From: an uncultured Methanoregulaceae archaeon
Lineage (GTDB): Archaea > Halobacteriota > Methanomicrobia > Methanomicrobiales > Methanospirillaceae
DNA length: 64,000 nucleotides
Direction of reading: 5' to 3'
NCBI GenBank assembly: GCA_963806845.1
Contig: CAWDZO010000021.1
Span: 136,045-200,044 of the forward strand
In this document: positions 50,762 to 60,548 of the stretch, piece by piece
Layout: each line of letters begins with the position of its first letter
Position numbering within the stretch: position 1 is the first letter of the stretch
Position numbers and translations under genes: made by a program
The notes under the pieces: model-generated
What the model saw: only the letters and a program-made list of their open reading frames with translations
Databases searched by the model: none
What the model was told of the DNA's origin: nothing

Positions 50762-51283
50762 ATGAATACGCAAAACCTGAACTCAGGAAAACCTCAAATA
50801 AAACGAGTGGGAAGAGTCGCAGCAATTCTCCTCCTTATTTTAATTATTTCCGGGTCATTATTCACCATCGTTTCGCCCTTTTTTGGCTGGAGGACTGAGG
50901 TAGTCATTTCAGGGAGTATGGAGCCTGCGATACAGACAGGCAGTGTCGTTATTGTCCGCCCCATAGTTCCGGATACTATCCAAAAAGGAGATATTATCAT
51001 GTTTTCTTCGCTCGATATGACGAGCCTGACCACACACCGGGTAGTTAATGTAGAATATGAGCCCACACTCCAGTTCATCACCAAAGGAGATGCTAACAAA
51101 AATTCTGACATAACCCCGATCGTACCCGGTCAAATTGTGGGTATTGTTGCCTTCACTATCCCGTATCTTGGGGTCATCACCCAGTTCATCAAAACACCAC
51201 TGGGATTCACCCTTTTCTTCCTGATTCCGGCAATGATTCTTATCGGACGCGAGGTGCTTGATCTCTGGAGAGAGATGGAATAA
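50762..51283 (+). CDS. sipW: Signal peptidase I, SipW/Sec11 (ER) type
   Basis: VISGSMEP (Ser), THRVV (His), TKGDAN..D, IPYLG, N- and C-terminal TM helices. Confidence 0.9.
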   Translation: MNTQNLNSGKPQIKRVGRVAAILLLILIISGSLFTIVSPFFGWRTEVVISGSMEPAIQTGSVVIVRPIVPDTIQKGDIIMFSSLDMTSLTTHRVVNVEYEPTLQFITKGDANKNSDITPIVPGQIVGIVAFTIPYLGVITQFIKTPLGFTLFFLIPAMILIGREVLDLWREME

Positions 51284-51304
51284 CAGAGAGTAGAGCCTTA
51301 AACC

Positions 51305-52678
51305 ATGAAAACCACAGCCATCGTAATTCTTGTCTTAACTCTCGTGGTAATTTCTCTCAGTACCTTTGGTACAACCCATGCATATTTCACCTCTAAACAG
51401 GTAACGGGTCCGCATCTTGTGTCGACGTGGCAATCCTCTTTCTGGACCCAGACAACCCAGGCTGACTTTTTGGCAGGTGTTCTGGTTAATGTTAATACAA
51501 GTACCAGTCCAGGGAGTGTCCTACTGGATAACCAGACAACAGGTCCGTCGATTTTTGCTACAACAGGAAGTTCAAGGAATTTTTTACAATATTTTGTATC
51601 CAACAATACGTGGGTAGCAAGGGCGATTGCTCCAGCAAATATTGGAGCCGGGGGAGGAGCTCGGTATATCGGGATGGGCAATATTTCTGTGATCCGAGGT
51701 GGTAATTCCAATGCTTTCTGGATCTATAACATCTCCACCAATACGTGGTCAGTAAAGGCAAACACACTAGGTAGTGTGAACACAGGAGGAACATTATCAG
51801 ATTATATCGGGTCTGGCAATATCTCGACACTCAGAGGTGCCAGTTCACGCACATTCTGGATATACAACATCTCCAGTAATACATGGTCAGTAAAGGCAAA
51901 TACCCCCATCGGCGGTAATGTTGGTACCGGGGGAGCTTTGGCATATATTGGATCTGGTAATATCTCGGCGCTCAGAGGTGCTAACTCACGCACATTCTGG
52001 TTTTACAACATCTCCACCAATACGTGGTCAGTAAAGGCAGATGTTCCCGGTAATGTAGGTGCCGGGGGAGCCATTGCATATGATAACGGAAACTATATTT
52101 ACGCATTTAACGGAACGAATACCCGTAATTTCTTGAGATACAGCATCTCCGGCAATTCATGGTCCGCATTGGCAAATATACCCGGAAATGTTGGTGCAGG
52201 AGGATCTCTGGTTTCGGATAAGGGGAATTATATTTACGCATTTAACGGTACAACGACTCCCTATTTCTGGAGATATGACATTACCAATAACAGCTGGAGT
52301 GAAACTGCAGTTGCCAACCCACCAGCGAATGTTGGTGCAGGGGGAAGTCTGACGTACGTTGCCGGTTCTTCCGGATACATCCCCCTTGGTACCATTGCCT
52401 CGCCTGTATTTGACACCGGGAATGCGGGAGCACGATGGGACTCACTCTTTTGGGATAGCACCCTTGTTACAGGAACGAATGTGACCTTTGAGGTACGGGC
52501 GTCCAACACCCTCTTTAATAAATCTGACGCAGCACCTGCCTGGCAACAATCCGGCTGGCCATCACCGGTTAATTCAGGGCTCCCCTCCGGCAGGTATCTC
52601 CAATGGCGTGCCACCCTTTCGACAAGCAATTCATCAAGAACACCAATTCTTAACGAAGTGACAGTATGGTACTCGTAA
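51305..52678 (+). CDS. Secreted SipW-type substrate with six Kelch-like propeller blades inserted in a beta-sandwich (putative tip adhesin)
   Basis: GTTHA|YFTS signal; six F..Y....N.W / G(A/T)GG repeats; flanking WTQTTQADF...SPVFDTG...RYLQWRATL...TPIL.EV. Confidence 0.8.
   Translation: MKTTAIVILVLTLVVISLSTFGTTHAYFTSKQVTGPHLVSTWQSSFWTQTTQADFLAGVLVNVNTSTSPGSVLLDNQTTGPSIFATTGSSRNFLQYFVSNNTWVARAIAPANIGAGGGARYIGMGNISVIRGGNSNAFWIYNISTNTWSVKANTLGSVNTGGTLSDYIGSGNISTLRGASSRTFWIYNISSNTWSVKANTPIGGNVGTGGALAYIGSGNISALRGANSRTFWFYNISTNTWSVKADVPGNVGAGGAIAYDNGNYIYAFNGTNTRNFLRYSISGNSWSALANIPGNVGAGGSLVSDKGNYIYAFNGTTTPYFWRYDITNNSWSETAVANPPANVGAGGSLTYVAGSSGYIPLGTIASPVFDTGNAGARWDSLFWDSTLVTGTNVTFEVRASNTLFNKSDAAPAWQQSGWPSPVNSGLPSGRYLQWRATLSTSNSSRTPILNEVTVWYS
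51670..52260 (+). repeat. Intragenic tandem repeats encoding propeller blades (period ~135-141 bp)
   Basis: TGGTCAGTAAAGGCA at 51746, 51884 and 52025; TATATTTACGCATTTAACGG at 52094 and 52229. Confidence 0.9.
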
Positions 52679-52739
52679 TCTCAGGTACGCAAGTATCCAT
52701 CCCGTTGCAGGAAGACCTCATAATACTAGGGGGTGTACA

Positions 52740-53830
52740 GTGAGGACTTCAGGGATGGCATACCAGAGATCATTATTCCCGCTGGCGGTATTCATTTTCA
52801 TTCTCCTCATTCTTCTGCCAGTACCGGTTTTTGCTCAGGGCCCCGTTGACCTCACCTTCGGAGAGACGGGTATGTTCCCATGGAGCATCACGGGAATTCT
52901 GCCAGGGGACCATGGTTCAACCTTTATCGATCTTCATAACAATGGGACCGAAAACGGAATTGTCTATATTTGGGTGGATAACATCAGCATGTCTGATAGA
53001 CACGGTAATCCTGGCGGTGGGATTGCCAATTATATGTACTTCAACATCTCACAGCATCATCTCATTAGCACGGTAATTCTTCCAGCTCGTATCAATTCTT
53101 TTCCCAAAGCTCCCCTGCTGCCAGATGATTTTATCATCATTGAATCATTCAATGCCGGGGATACAATCAGGCTCAACTGGACATGGGAATTTGAAGAAAC
53201 AGGGCAGCCACAGAATGATGCACAGAATAATACTCTGCGCTTCGACCTCTCATACACACTGGTGAATCTTACCACCCCACTAATACCGACTCCAGTTCCT
53301 ACGGTGATACCCCCAGGAACTTCAACAGGAAAAAATGTGATGCCCCAAGGTCCTTCCCTATTCGAGGCCGGGGGAATCCCCGGATTAAATCCTGCTCAAC
53401 GTCCCCAACTCAGAGCACCAATGGAGGAACCTCCGGAGATGGAGCCCCAGCAACCAAAGCTTCCTGATTACGGGCACATTATGATACTGGCATTCATCAT
53501 ACTTGCCATTGCGGTTGCCCTTCATTCACAACGAAAGATGCATCCAGAGTGGAAGGGTCCTGCAGATGTTCTTCTTGGGGTTGGAATCGTCGCGATAATA
53601 ATCGGCATACTCTACCAGTCATATCTTATTTCAATCCGCGATGGCCCGCACCTCACCGGAGCGCATTCGGTTGCGGGGCTCATTGCCACGATTTTATTAA
53701 TTCCGGCTCTGGTATTATGGAAACGCCAAATCGACCAGAAAGAGAGAGGAAAATAATTGTATGGATTATTGTTCATTGGGTTGTTACAACGATCGTGTGC
53801 CGAGTACCCGGTCTTTTGAGGGGTGGAACG
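52740..53830 (+). CDS. TasA-fold ectodomain + Pro-rich linker + multi-pass membrane anchor (possible frameshift near 53750)
   Basis: Ordinary signal (VFA|QG); ILPGD, LHNNG and NDAQNNTLRFDLSYTL match the pilin core; PTPVPT linker; three TM helices plus a likely fourth in the shifted frame. Confidence 0.65.
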
Positions 53831-53946
53831 ATTGATGGTTGTGCCTCGGGGATATTTTTGTTGATTGTGATGGGAACAAACGAAATCCACGGATTCATAG
53901 AAGTTATATATTACCGGGTAAAGAGTGTGAAATATGAGGATCACGA

Positions 53947-56278
53947 ATGAACTGGTTTGATTCTATACGGCAGGACCACCCATTTTTTTTCCGCTGTATT
54001 ACTTTTATGTTTTTCGTTCAGATCTTCTTTGGACTCCTGTTTTTAATAATCAGCCCGGTCACTGCAGCCACAGATACTCCTCCAGGATCAGATCCTCGCA
54101 TAGGATGGGTGAAATCATTCGAACAACATAGTGACGGAGGGACGTATTCCATCATTGCCGCAAGTGATGGGGGATCGGTGGCCAGCGGAAATATTAAATC
54201 TCCTTCCGGGAAGTTCCAGTCTCTATGTCATAAAAACCGATACAAATGGAAATAAAATATGGGACTGGAACGACGCAGGAAGTACCTATGAAGGATATTC
54301 CATTATTGAAACACCGGATAAAGGATATGTTGTTGTCGGAAGTTCCAATACTACCATCACGAACGGGATTTATTCTCATGAAACTTGATCCGGTCGGAAA
54401 AATGACATGGACACAGCTATTCAAAAAAGGTGAGTATTACTTCGGAAATCATATCAGTACAACACATGACGGAGGATTCATCGTTGCCGGGGCCGTGTTG
54501 AGGAATGACACTTCTTCATCGTCTCTCTGGGACGGGTACACTCTCAAAACCGATGCAGAAGGAAGAGAACAGTGGACCGGTTTTTTTAAGGGCGAAAAAA
54601 ATGATTTCGCCAAGTTCATCCGCCAGACCGAAGACGGGGGATATATAATTGCCGGGACCACCGAAAGCTATGGCATTACCGGTGTTCCGTTAACGTACCT
54701 GCACAAGATGAATGAATTTGGCAATAAAGAATGGCTTACCACCTATGGAAGCGGGCTGGGGAATGAAAAACTATCTGTCATTCAAACACCGGAAGGAGGG
54801 TATATCCTCATGGGAATCTCCCTGCCCGTTACCACTAATCAAGGATGTATGGATCTTTTTCTGGTCAGAACCGATGATCATGGCAAAGAACTTTGGAAAA
54901 AAAATTTTCCCGGGATGGGGAGAGCCACGGGTAACCTCCTTATCCCAGGCTGCTGAAGGTATAACCGTCATCGCAGGTTCCTGCCAGGGATCTGAACGCG
55001 ATAAAACCGGTGAGATAATCTTACGTGACATCGATCTGAACGGCAATGAGAAGCGGAACCGCACATTCAGTATCGGACAATCCATCGATATACAGGATAT
55101 TGCAGTTGTCCCGGGTGAAGGATATTTCATTAGCCGGTATATTTACCGATCAGGAAAGCCCCCAAAAAAACGGGTTTGGCCATTATCAAGATACTCGATA
55201 CCCCCTCCCGCACTGAGGTACCTGAGAAAAACTCATTCGACTTCACGGTAATAACAAAAGATGCTGAAACCGGGACTTTTATTGGAGGGGCCCATGTGTA
55301 TCTTGACGGGGGGTCAGTCGGAAGCACCTCGGAGCAGGATGGAAAGCAGATTCTCCGTGATGTTGAGAGAGGCTCACATACTATCAGGGTGGCAAAAACA
55401 GGATATGAAGAGATCACCCGACCAGTCGATATTACTGAAAAGAAGCAGGTCTCCTTCACTCTCAACCGATCAAACGTGATACCGGTGCAAATCCATGGAT
55501 CAACAGATGAAAAGATTGATATTGTTTTTGTCGCCTTCAAAAACTTCGTTTAACTGTAATTCCAAAACAAAAATCCAGACCGACAGTATATACCGGTAAT
55601 CAGCAACGATTCATCCAGATGTAAACAATAAAGTTGAATGTTTTTTTAACAGTTGGATACCCTGACCTCCGGTTCGGTGGGTTTGCCCAAGGATTTCCGG
55701 GAACGGTTCAATTTTTATTACTACTGGGATACCGGGAGTTACGCTGATGCTTTCGAAGGTTGTGCTGGAACACTTCCCAATGAATTCTGGAATGATGCAC
55801 CATTCACTGATGTGGCAATTATCATGTACCCGTCCTATGAGGGTCTGCTATTCCGGCTCCCCCGTGTGAACCAATTGGGTGTGCAAACGGCCTGGGGCCC
55901 GGATCAGGATCCTGGCTGAAAGCACCAGCTGATTCCCCCATGATTTTTCTGCATGAGAGCGGGCATGTGGTCTTTGGTCTGATTGATACCTATTGCGGGG
56001 ATACCTATTACGTGGAAAATTCTCCTTTTCCCAATGTCTGGAGTTCTGAATCCTCATGCAAAAAAAATGCCGAGCAGGAACGCTGGGATATCACAAGCTG
56101 CCGGCAAATTTTAAAACCTGCCAGCAGCCGGTCAAAAGATCCCTGTGTGAAAAATTTCTGGAGAGCGGATACTGATCCTGATATCATGGGCAGCGGGGCA
56201 TATTCCGGCAGGTTCGGTAATGCTTCAACTTCACATATCCGTCATATTTTTGATACGATCAACAGGTGGCAGAAATGA
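53947..56278 (+). CDS. Secreted beta-propeller + PEGA-like + HExxH zinc metallopeptidase (M64-like) protein (multiple frameshifts)
   Basis: Signal peptide; repeated T.DGG(Y/F)I.AG and KTD..G...W blades; GAHVYLDG...K.GY; KIDIVFV; HESGHVVFGLIDTY; DIMG. Confidence 0.7.
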
Positions 56279-56874
56279 AGCGTTTCGTTTTCGCAGGTCT
56301 GATTTTTCTGGTGCTCCTGCAGGGAATCTGGTTTGCTTCCGCAGATGACTCTCCCGATTATTCTAAGATCGTTGTTGTCCACCTCAACATAAATAAAAGC
56401 AGTATCACAGAAAAGTCAGTTGAGATGCGATACGGCCACCCCCCAAATATCGAAGGCCGGAAGTGGGGACTTTAAAGGGACGCTAAAATCGACTGATGGT
56501 TCCACGATCCGGGAATTTACTCTTTGGGATCCCCGCTATCAGCTGGGGGATGTCCTTGAAAAAGACAATGAATCTTCCGATTATCTTTCCGGGTACCTGA
56601 CATATTCTGATAATGCAGATCTTGTCCTCATACTTCCGTACTATGAAAACCAGATGACGTTTGAGTTGCATGACAAAAAGACCGGGACTCTGTTAAAAAA
56701 AGTGAATATGTCGCAGGCAATAACAAAATTTCAATCAAACTATCCCAAAGATCCCGGAAGTATTTCTGTATCTACCTATCCAATTCGATAAATCCGTTAT
56801 ATATGTGATAACCGGAGTTGTGATTTCGATACTTATCATCGGAATGATTCTCTCAATGAGTTCGAAAAAAATGA
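56275..56874 (+). CDS. Secreted/membrane-anchored partner protein of the metallopeptidase (frameshifted)
   Basis: ATGA overlap with the peptidase stop; signal peptide; beta-rich domain; C-terminal TM plus Lys tail. Confidence 0.6.
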
Positions 56875-56929
56875 TTTGCTGAAATCTTTTTTATTGCACT
56901 TCCTTTTTTCAAAAAGAAGTTTTGAATTT

Positions 56930-57530
56930 CCTCTGTCAGGAGCGAGAGAGACTTTCCCAATGCGAAACCTTTTTTATATGCTGCTTCGAGCAGGTCAGGT
57001 TGCGCCTGGATATCTTGGATCGTGTCCATATCGCTGATCAGCAGCTCATCGGAGTACTGGCAGTCGATGATGTCAAAAAAGGCCTTTACGGTCAGTTTTG
57101 CACCGACAAAAACCTCAGGGATCTTCATACCCGAGATGCAGATGAACAGTCCCTTGCGTTCCGCTCTCCGTTCCTTTGAGATGAACGACTTTTTCCGCAT
57201 GTACTTGGCCATGAAAAAGACCTGGAACCGGTCCATCATCGATTTGAGTTTCCCGGGAATTCCCATGGTCATGACCGGTGTGGCGATGATGAGGCTGTCC
57301 ATCTCTTTGAATTTCGGGTAGAGCTGCTGCATATCATCGTCCATGATGCAGGTGTCATGGTCTTTGCAGAACATCATCTCCATGCATGCCTGGAAATCAA
57401 GACTGGCAACTTCAATTTTTTCAACCGTGCAACCGGCATCCTCTGCTCCTTTGAGCGCACGGTCCAGCAGTTTTGCCGTGTTGCCATCTGACAGGGGACT
57501 CCCGAGCAGGCCGATCACCTTTTTTCCCAT
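56930..57530 (-). CDS. Iron-sulfur flavoprotein (Isf)/multimeric flavodoxin family; 3' end uncertain
   Basis: GSP..GNT, C.....C.....C..DDDM, ATPV, K..MDR. Confidence 0.85.
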
Positions 57531-57677
57531 AGAACAGTAGATGTGAAAAACGAGCATATAGTTTTGCATACGTACCTGCACCTGGTCATATTACTGGAGA
57601 AGATGATAGAAACTCGGGTGGCACTAACACAACCCATATATATCTTTGACGTGCATGAGAAGTTTTGGTGAATTAGT

Positions 57678-57908
57678 TTGACCGAACAGAAGACGTACAC
57701 CGCAGGACAGAAAGTCGGCCCGGGCAAATATGTGTGCATTGATTGCGGAAAGGAACTTACACTCGACAAGAGCGAACAGGATCTCAGGAAATGTCCCTCC
57801 TGCTCCTGCGAAGAATACCAGTGCTTCCCGATGACGCACATCCGCCCGGACATCAAGACACCGGAAGATGCAAAAAACCCGCCAAAACGCGGTAAAAGCA
57901 ACAGTAAC
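57678..57908 (+). CDS. Zinc-ribbon protein (TTG start; 3' end uncertain)
   Basis: Y.AG...GPG.YVCIDCG...L.KCPSC. Confidence 0.7.
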
Positions 57909-58028
57909 TTCTCATTTTTCTTTTCGGGCACAAGTACAGCAAGTGTGACTTCTGGGAGTTCCTGCAAAAAACATGCACGCGGGATTCCTGCTCCCAGGTT
58001 TATCTGGCAGTAAATGGAGGATCTCTAC

Positions 58029-58157
58029 ATGGTAAACGTCTCAAAAGAGGGGCAGGTCTTCCGGTGTGAGATCTGCGGTAATGTTGTTGTTGTAAAAGAG
58101 AGCGGCGGCGGCGAACTGGTCTGCTGCGGCGAACCTATGCAACTGGAGAGTGAGTAA
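58029..58157 (+). CDS. Desulforedoxin (stand-alone FeS4 domain, 42 aa, below ORF-track cutoff)
   Basis: MVNVSKEGQVFRCEICGNVVVVKESGGGELVCCGEPMQLESE; GGAGG upstream. Confidence 0.92.
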   Translation: MVNVSKEGQVFRCEICGNVVVVKESGGGELVCCGEPMQLESE

Positions 58158-58160
58158 ATT

Positions 58161-58566
58161 ATGGTTGTAAAAAAAGCAGTAGCAAAAAAGGCACCGCGAA
58201 AAAAACCGGTAGCAAAGAAAGGATCGGAAAAGAAACTCAAAACCCTTGAGAAGAAGATCGGAAAAGTGCCGAAATTTTTCAGGGAGCTGACCACAAAAGA
58301 GCCCGAGATGTTCAATCTCGTTATGAGATTCGAGCAGCACATCTGGGACGATGGCAAGACTCTCGAGAAAGACAAAAAAACTGATTGCAATTGCGATTGC
58401 AGCCGCCCTGCGTGACCAGCATGCAGTCCGTGCCCAGCTTGCCGGTGCAAAGAATCTCGGGGTCACCAAAGCAGAAGTCGAAGAGGCGCTCCGCGTCACC
58501 TTCCTGCTCTCGGGTATGCCCGCATATGTCTATGGCAAAGCCCAGCTCGATGAGGTCATGCCATAA
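58161..58566 (+). CDS. Carboxymuconolactone decarboxylase/AhpD-fold protein (frameshift near 58355)
   Basis: DG.LSRKTKKLIAIAIAA...AKNLGVTKAEVEEAL...SG.P. Confidence 0.8.
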
Positions 58567-58588
58567 CCAATGTCTGCGGTGAGACATC

Positions 58589-59233
58589 ATGGAAGACGAT
58601 ACCTGTATCACGTTCCCCGTTCTCGGGGAACCGGCGCCGGATTTCGAGGCGGAGACCACCCAGGGGCCAATCAAGCTCTCGATCCTGAAGGGGAAATGGG
58701 TGGTGCTCTTTTCGCACCCGGCGGACTTCACACCGGTGTGCACCACGGAGTTCATGGCTTTTGCACAGATTTATGATGAACTCAAGGCACTCAATGTCCA
58801 GCTGATCGGCCTGTCTGTTGACAGCATTTCGGCACATCTCGCATGGGTGCATGCCATTAAGGAGAAGATGGGAGTAACCATCCCCTTCCCGATCATTGCT
58901 GACCTGACCATGAAAGTGGCAAAGAAATATGGCATGATCCACCCGGGACAGTCTTCGACTGCTGCGGTCCGCTGTGTCTTTTTCATCGATGACAAAGGCA
59001 TCATGCGGGCGATGATCTATTACCCGCTCCAGAACGGAAGGTTCATGCCCGAGATCATCCGGCTGGTCAAGGCACTCCAGACCACGGACAAGTTCAAGGT
59101 CTCCACACCGGCAAACTGGCAGCCGGGCGATAAGGTGGTTGTTCCACCACCAAAAACTACTGCAGAGATGGAAAAGCGGATGACCGAAGGGTACGAGTGC
59201 AAGGACTGGTACCTCTGCTTCAAGAAAATTTGA
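58589..59233 (+). CDS. Peroxiredoxin (archaeal Prx6/AhpC type)
   Basis: SHPADFTPVCTTEF; TPANW.PGD; C-terminal CKDWYLC. Confidence 0.95.
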   Translation: MEDDTCITFPVLGEPAPDFEAETTQGPIKLSILKGKWVVLFSHPADFTPVCTTEFMAFAQIYDELKALNVQLIGLSVDSISAHLAWVHAIKEKMGVTIPFPIIADLTMKVAKKYGMIHPGQSSTAAVRCVFFIDDKGIMRAMIYYPLQNGRFMPEIIRLVKALQTTDKFKVSTPANWQPGDKVVVPPPKTTAEMEKRMTEGYECKDWYLCFKKI

Positions 59234-59308
59234 TACTTTAAACCCTTTTTCTCCTGATATTGATCAAAAACCAACCTTTTTTAGCATTGCCGCCACAAGA
59301 AAACTGCT

Positions 59309-59925
59309 ATGCCGATCAAAGTCCTCGCCTTTGCCGGAAGTCCCCGCAGGCATGGCAACTCCGAGACGCTGCTGGACTGGGTGCTGGGCGGGATGATCGC
59401 TGACCCGGACGTGGTCATAGAGAAAGTTGCCTTGACTGATGCCAATATCAATCCCTGCCAGGGGTGCAATGCCTGCGAGAAACTCAATAAATGCGTGCAG
59501 CGTGATGGCATGGACATCTACCATGACAAGATCATCGCCGCTGACATTATCCTGCTCTCCTCGCCCATCTACTGCATGGGTATCGCCTCACAGCCAAAGG
59601 CCTTGATCGACCGTGCACAGGTCTTCCGTTCACGGAAATATGTGCTCAAACTCCCCATTGTCCCCCCGGAACGCAAAGGGAAACGGCTCGGGGTATTTCT
59701 TGCATCTGCCGGGCAGAACTGGGACCATGTCTTTGATGCTGCGGTTCCTTCTGTCAAATGCTTTCTACCATGTCATTGACATAAAGGATGCTGACATCTC
59801 CTACCTGATGATCAACGGGGTGGATGAAAAAGGGGCGATCGAACATGCACCCAACCGCAAGGACAGATGCAGAGAAACTCGGAAAATCGCTGATTGCCGA
59901 GATTAAAAAGCGGCTTTCTGCGTGA
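59309..59925 (+). CDS. Iron-sulfur flavoprotein (Isf) family (frameshifted near 3' end)
   Basis: GSPRRHGNSE, CQGCNACEKLNKC, SPIY. Confidence 0.88.
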
Positions 59926-59931
59926 GGTTTT

Positions 59932-60543
59932 ATGACCATAACAGTTCTTGGCATATCCGGAAGCCCGCACCGGCACGGGAATACAGAAACCCTGCTTGAC
60001 AGTTTTCTTGAAGGAGCTCATGCATCCGGTGCTCGGTTGAGAAAGTTGTACTCAAGGACACTGGATTATTCCCCCTGCCGGGGATGCAATGCCTGCCATA
60101 AAACCGGGGAATGTATTGTGAAGGATGATGCAATTATCCTATTTGAAAAAATACTGGCATCAGATTGTATCGCAGTCGCCTCTCCGATCTATACGATGGG
60201 GATTACCGCAGAACTCAAAGGGCTTATTGACCGGGAGCAGTACCTCTGGGCCCGGAAATTTATCTTAAAAACTCTCTATTTTCCCGATGAACATATCAAA
60301 CGTCACAAAGGGATTTTCATCTCCACTGCAGGTCATAACTGGGACAATGTCTTTGACGGGGCATTTCCTGTGATTACCGCAATCTTCAACGGAACCGGGT
60401 TTGAGTATTACGACAATATCATTGCCAATAATATGGATGCTTATGGAGGGATAAACAAACACCCGACAGCGCTCAAGGATGCATTTGAGAAAGGGCAGAA
60501 GGTAATAGGTGTGCTGGAAAAATTGAAGACCAGAAATCCCTGA
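59932..60543 (+). CDS. Iron-sulfur flavoprotein (Isf) family
   Basis: GSPHRHGNTE, CRGCNACHKTGEC, SPIY. Confidence 0.9.
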   Translation: MTITVLGISGSPHRHGNTETLLDSFLEGAHASGARLRKLYSRTLDYSPCRGCNACHKTGECIVKDDAIILFEKILASDCIAVASPIYTMGITAELKGLIDREQYLWARKFILKTLYFPDEHIKRHKGIFISTAGHNWDNVFDGAFPVITAIFNGTGFEYYDNIIANNMDAYGGINKHPTALKDAFEKGQKVIGVLEKLKTRNP

Positions 60544-60548
60544 AGATG

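Noticed and set aside
51670-52260. CRISPR array or DGR template/variable repeat pair
   Set aside because: Repeats are in-frame coding blades with 135-141 bp period; there are no spacers, cas genes or reverse transcriptase, and differences are not adenine-specific.
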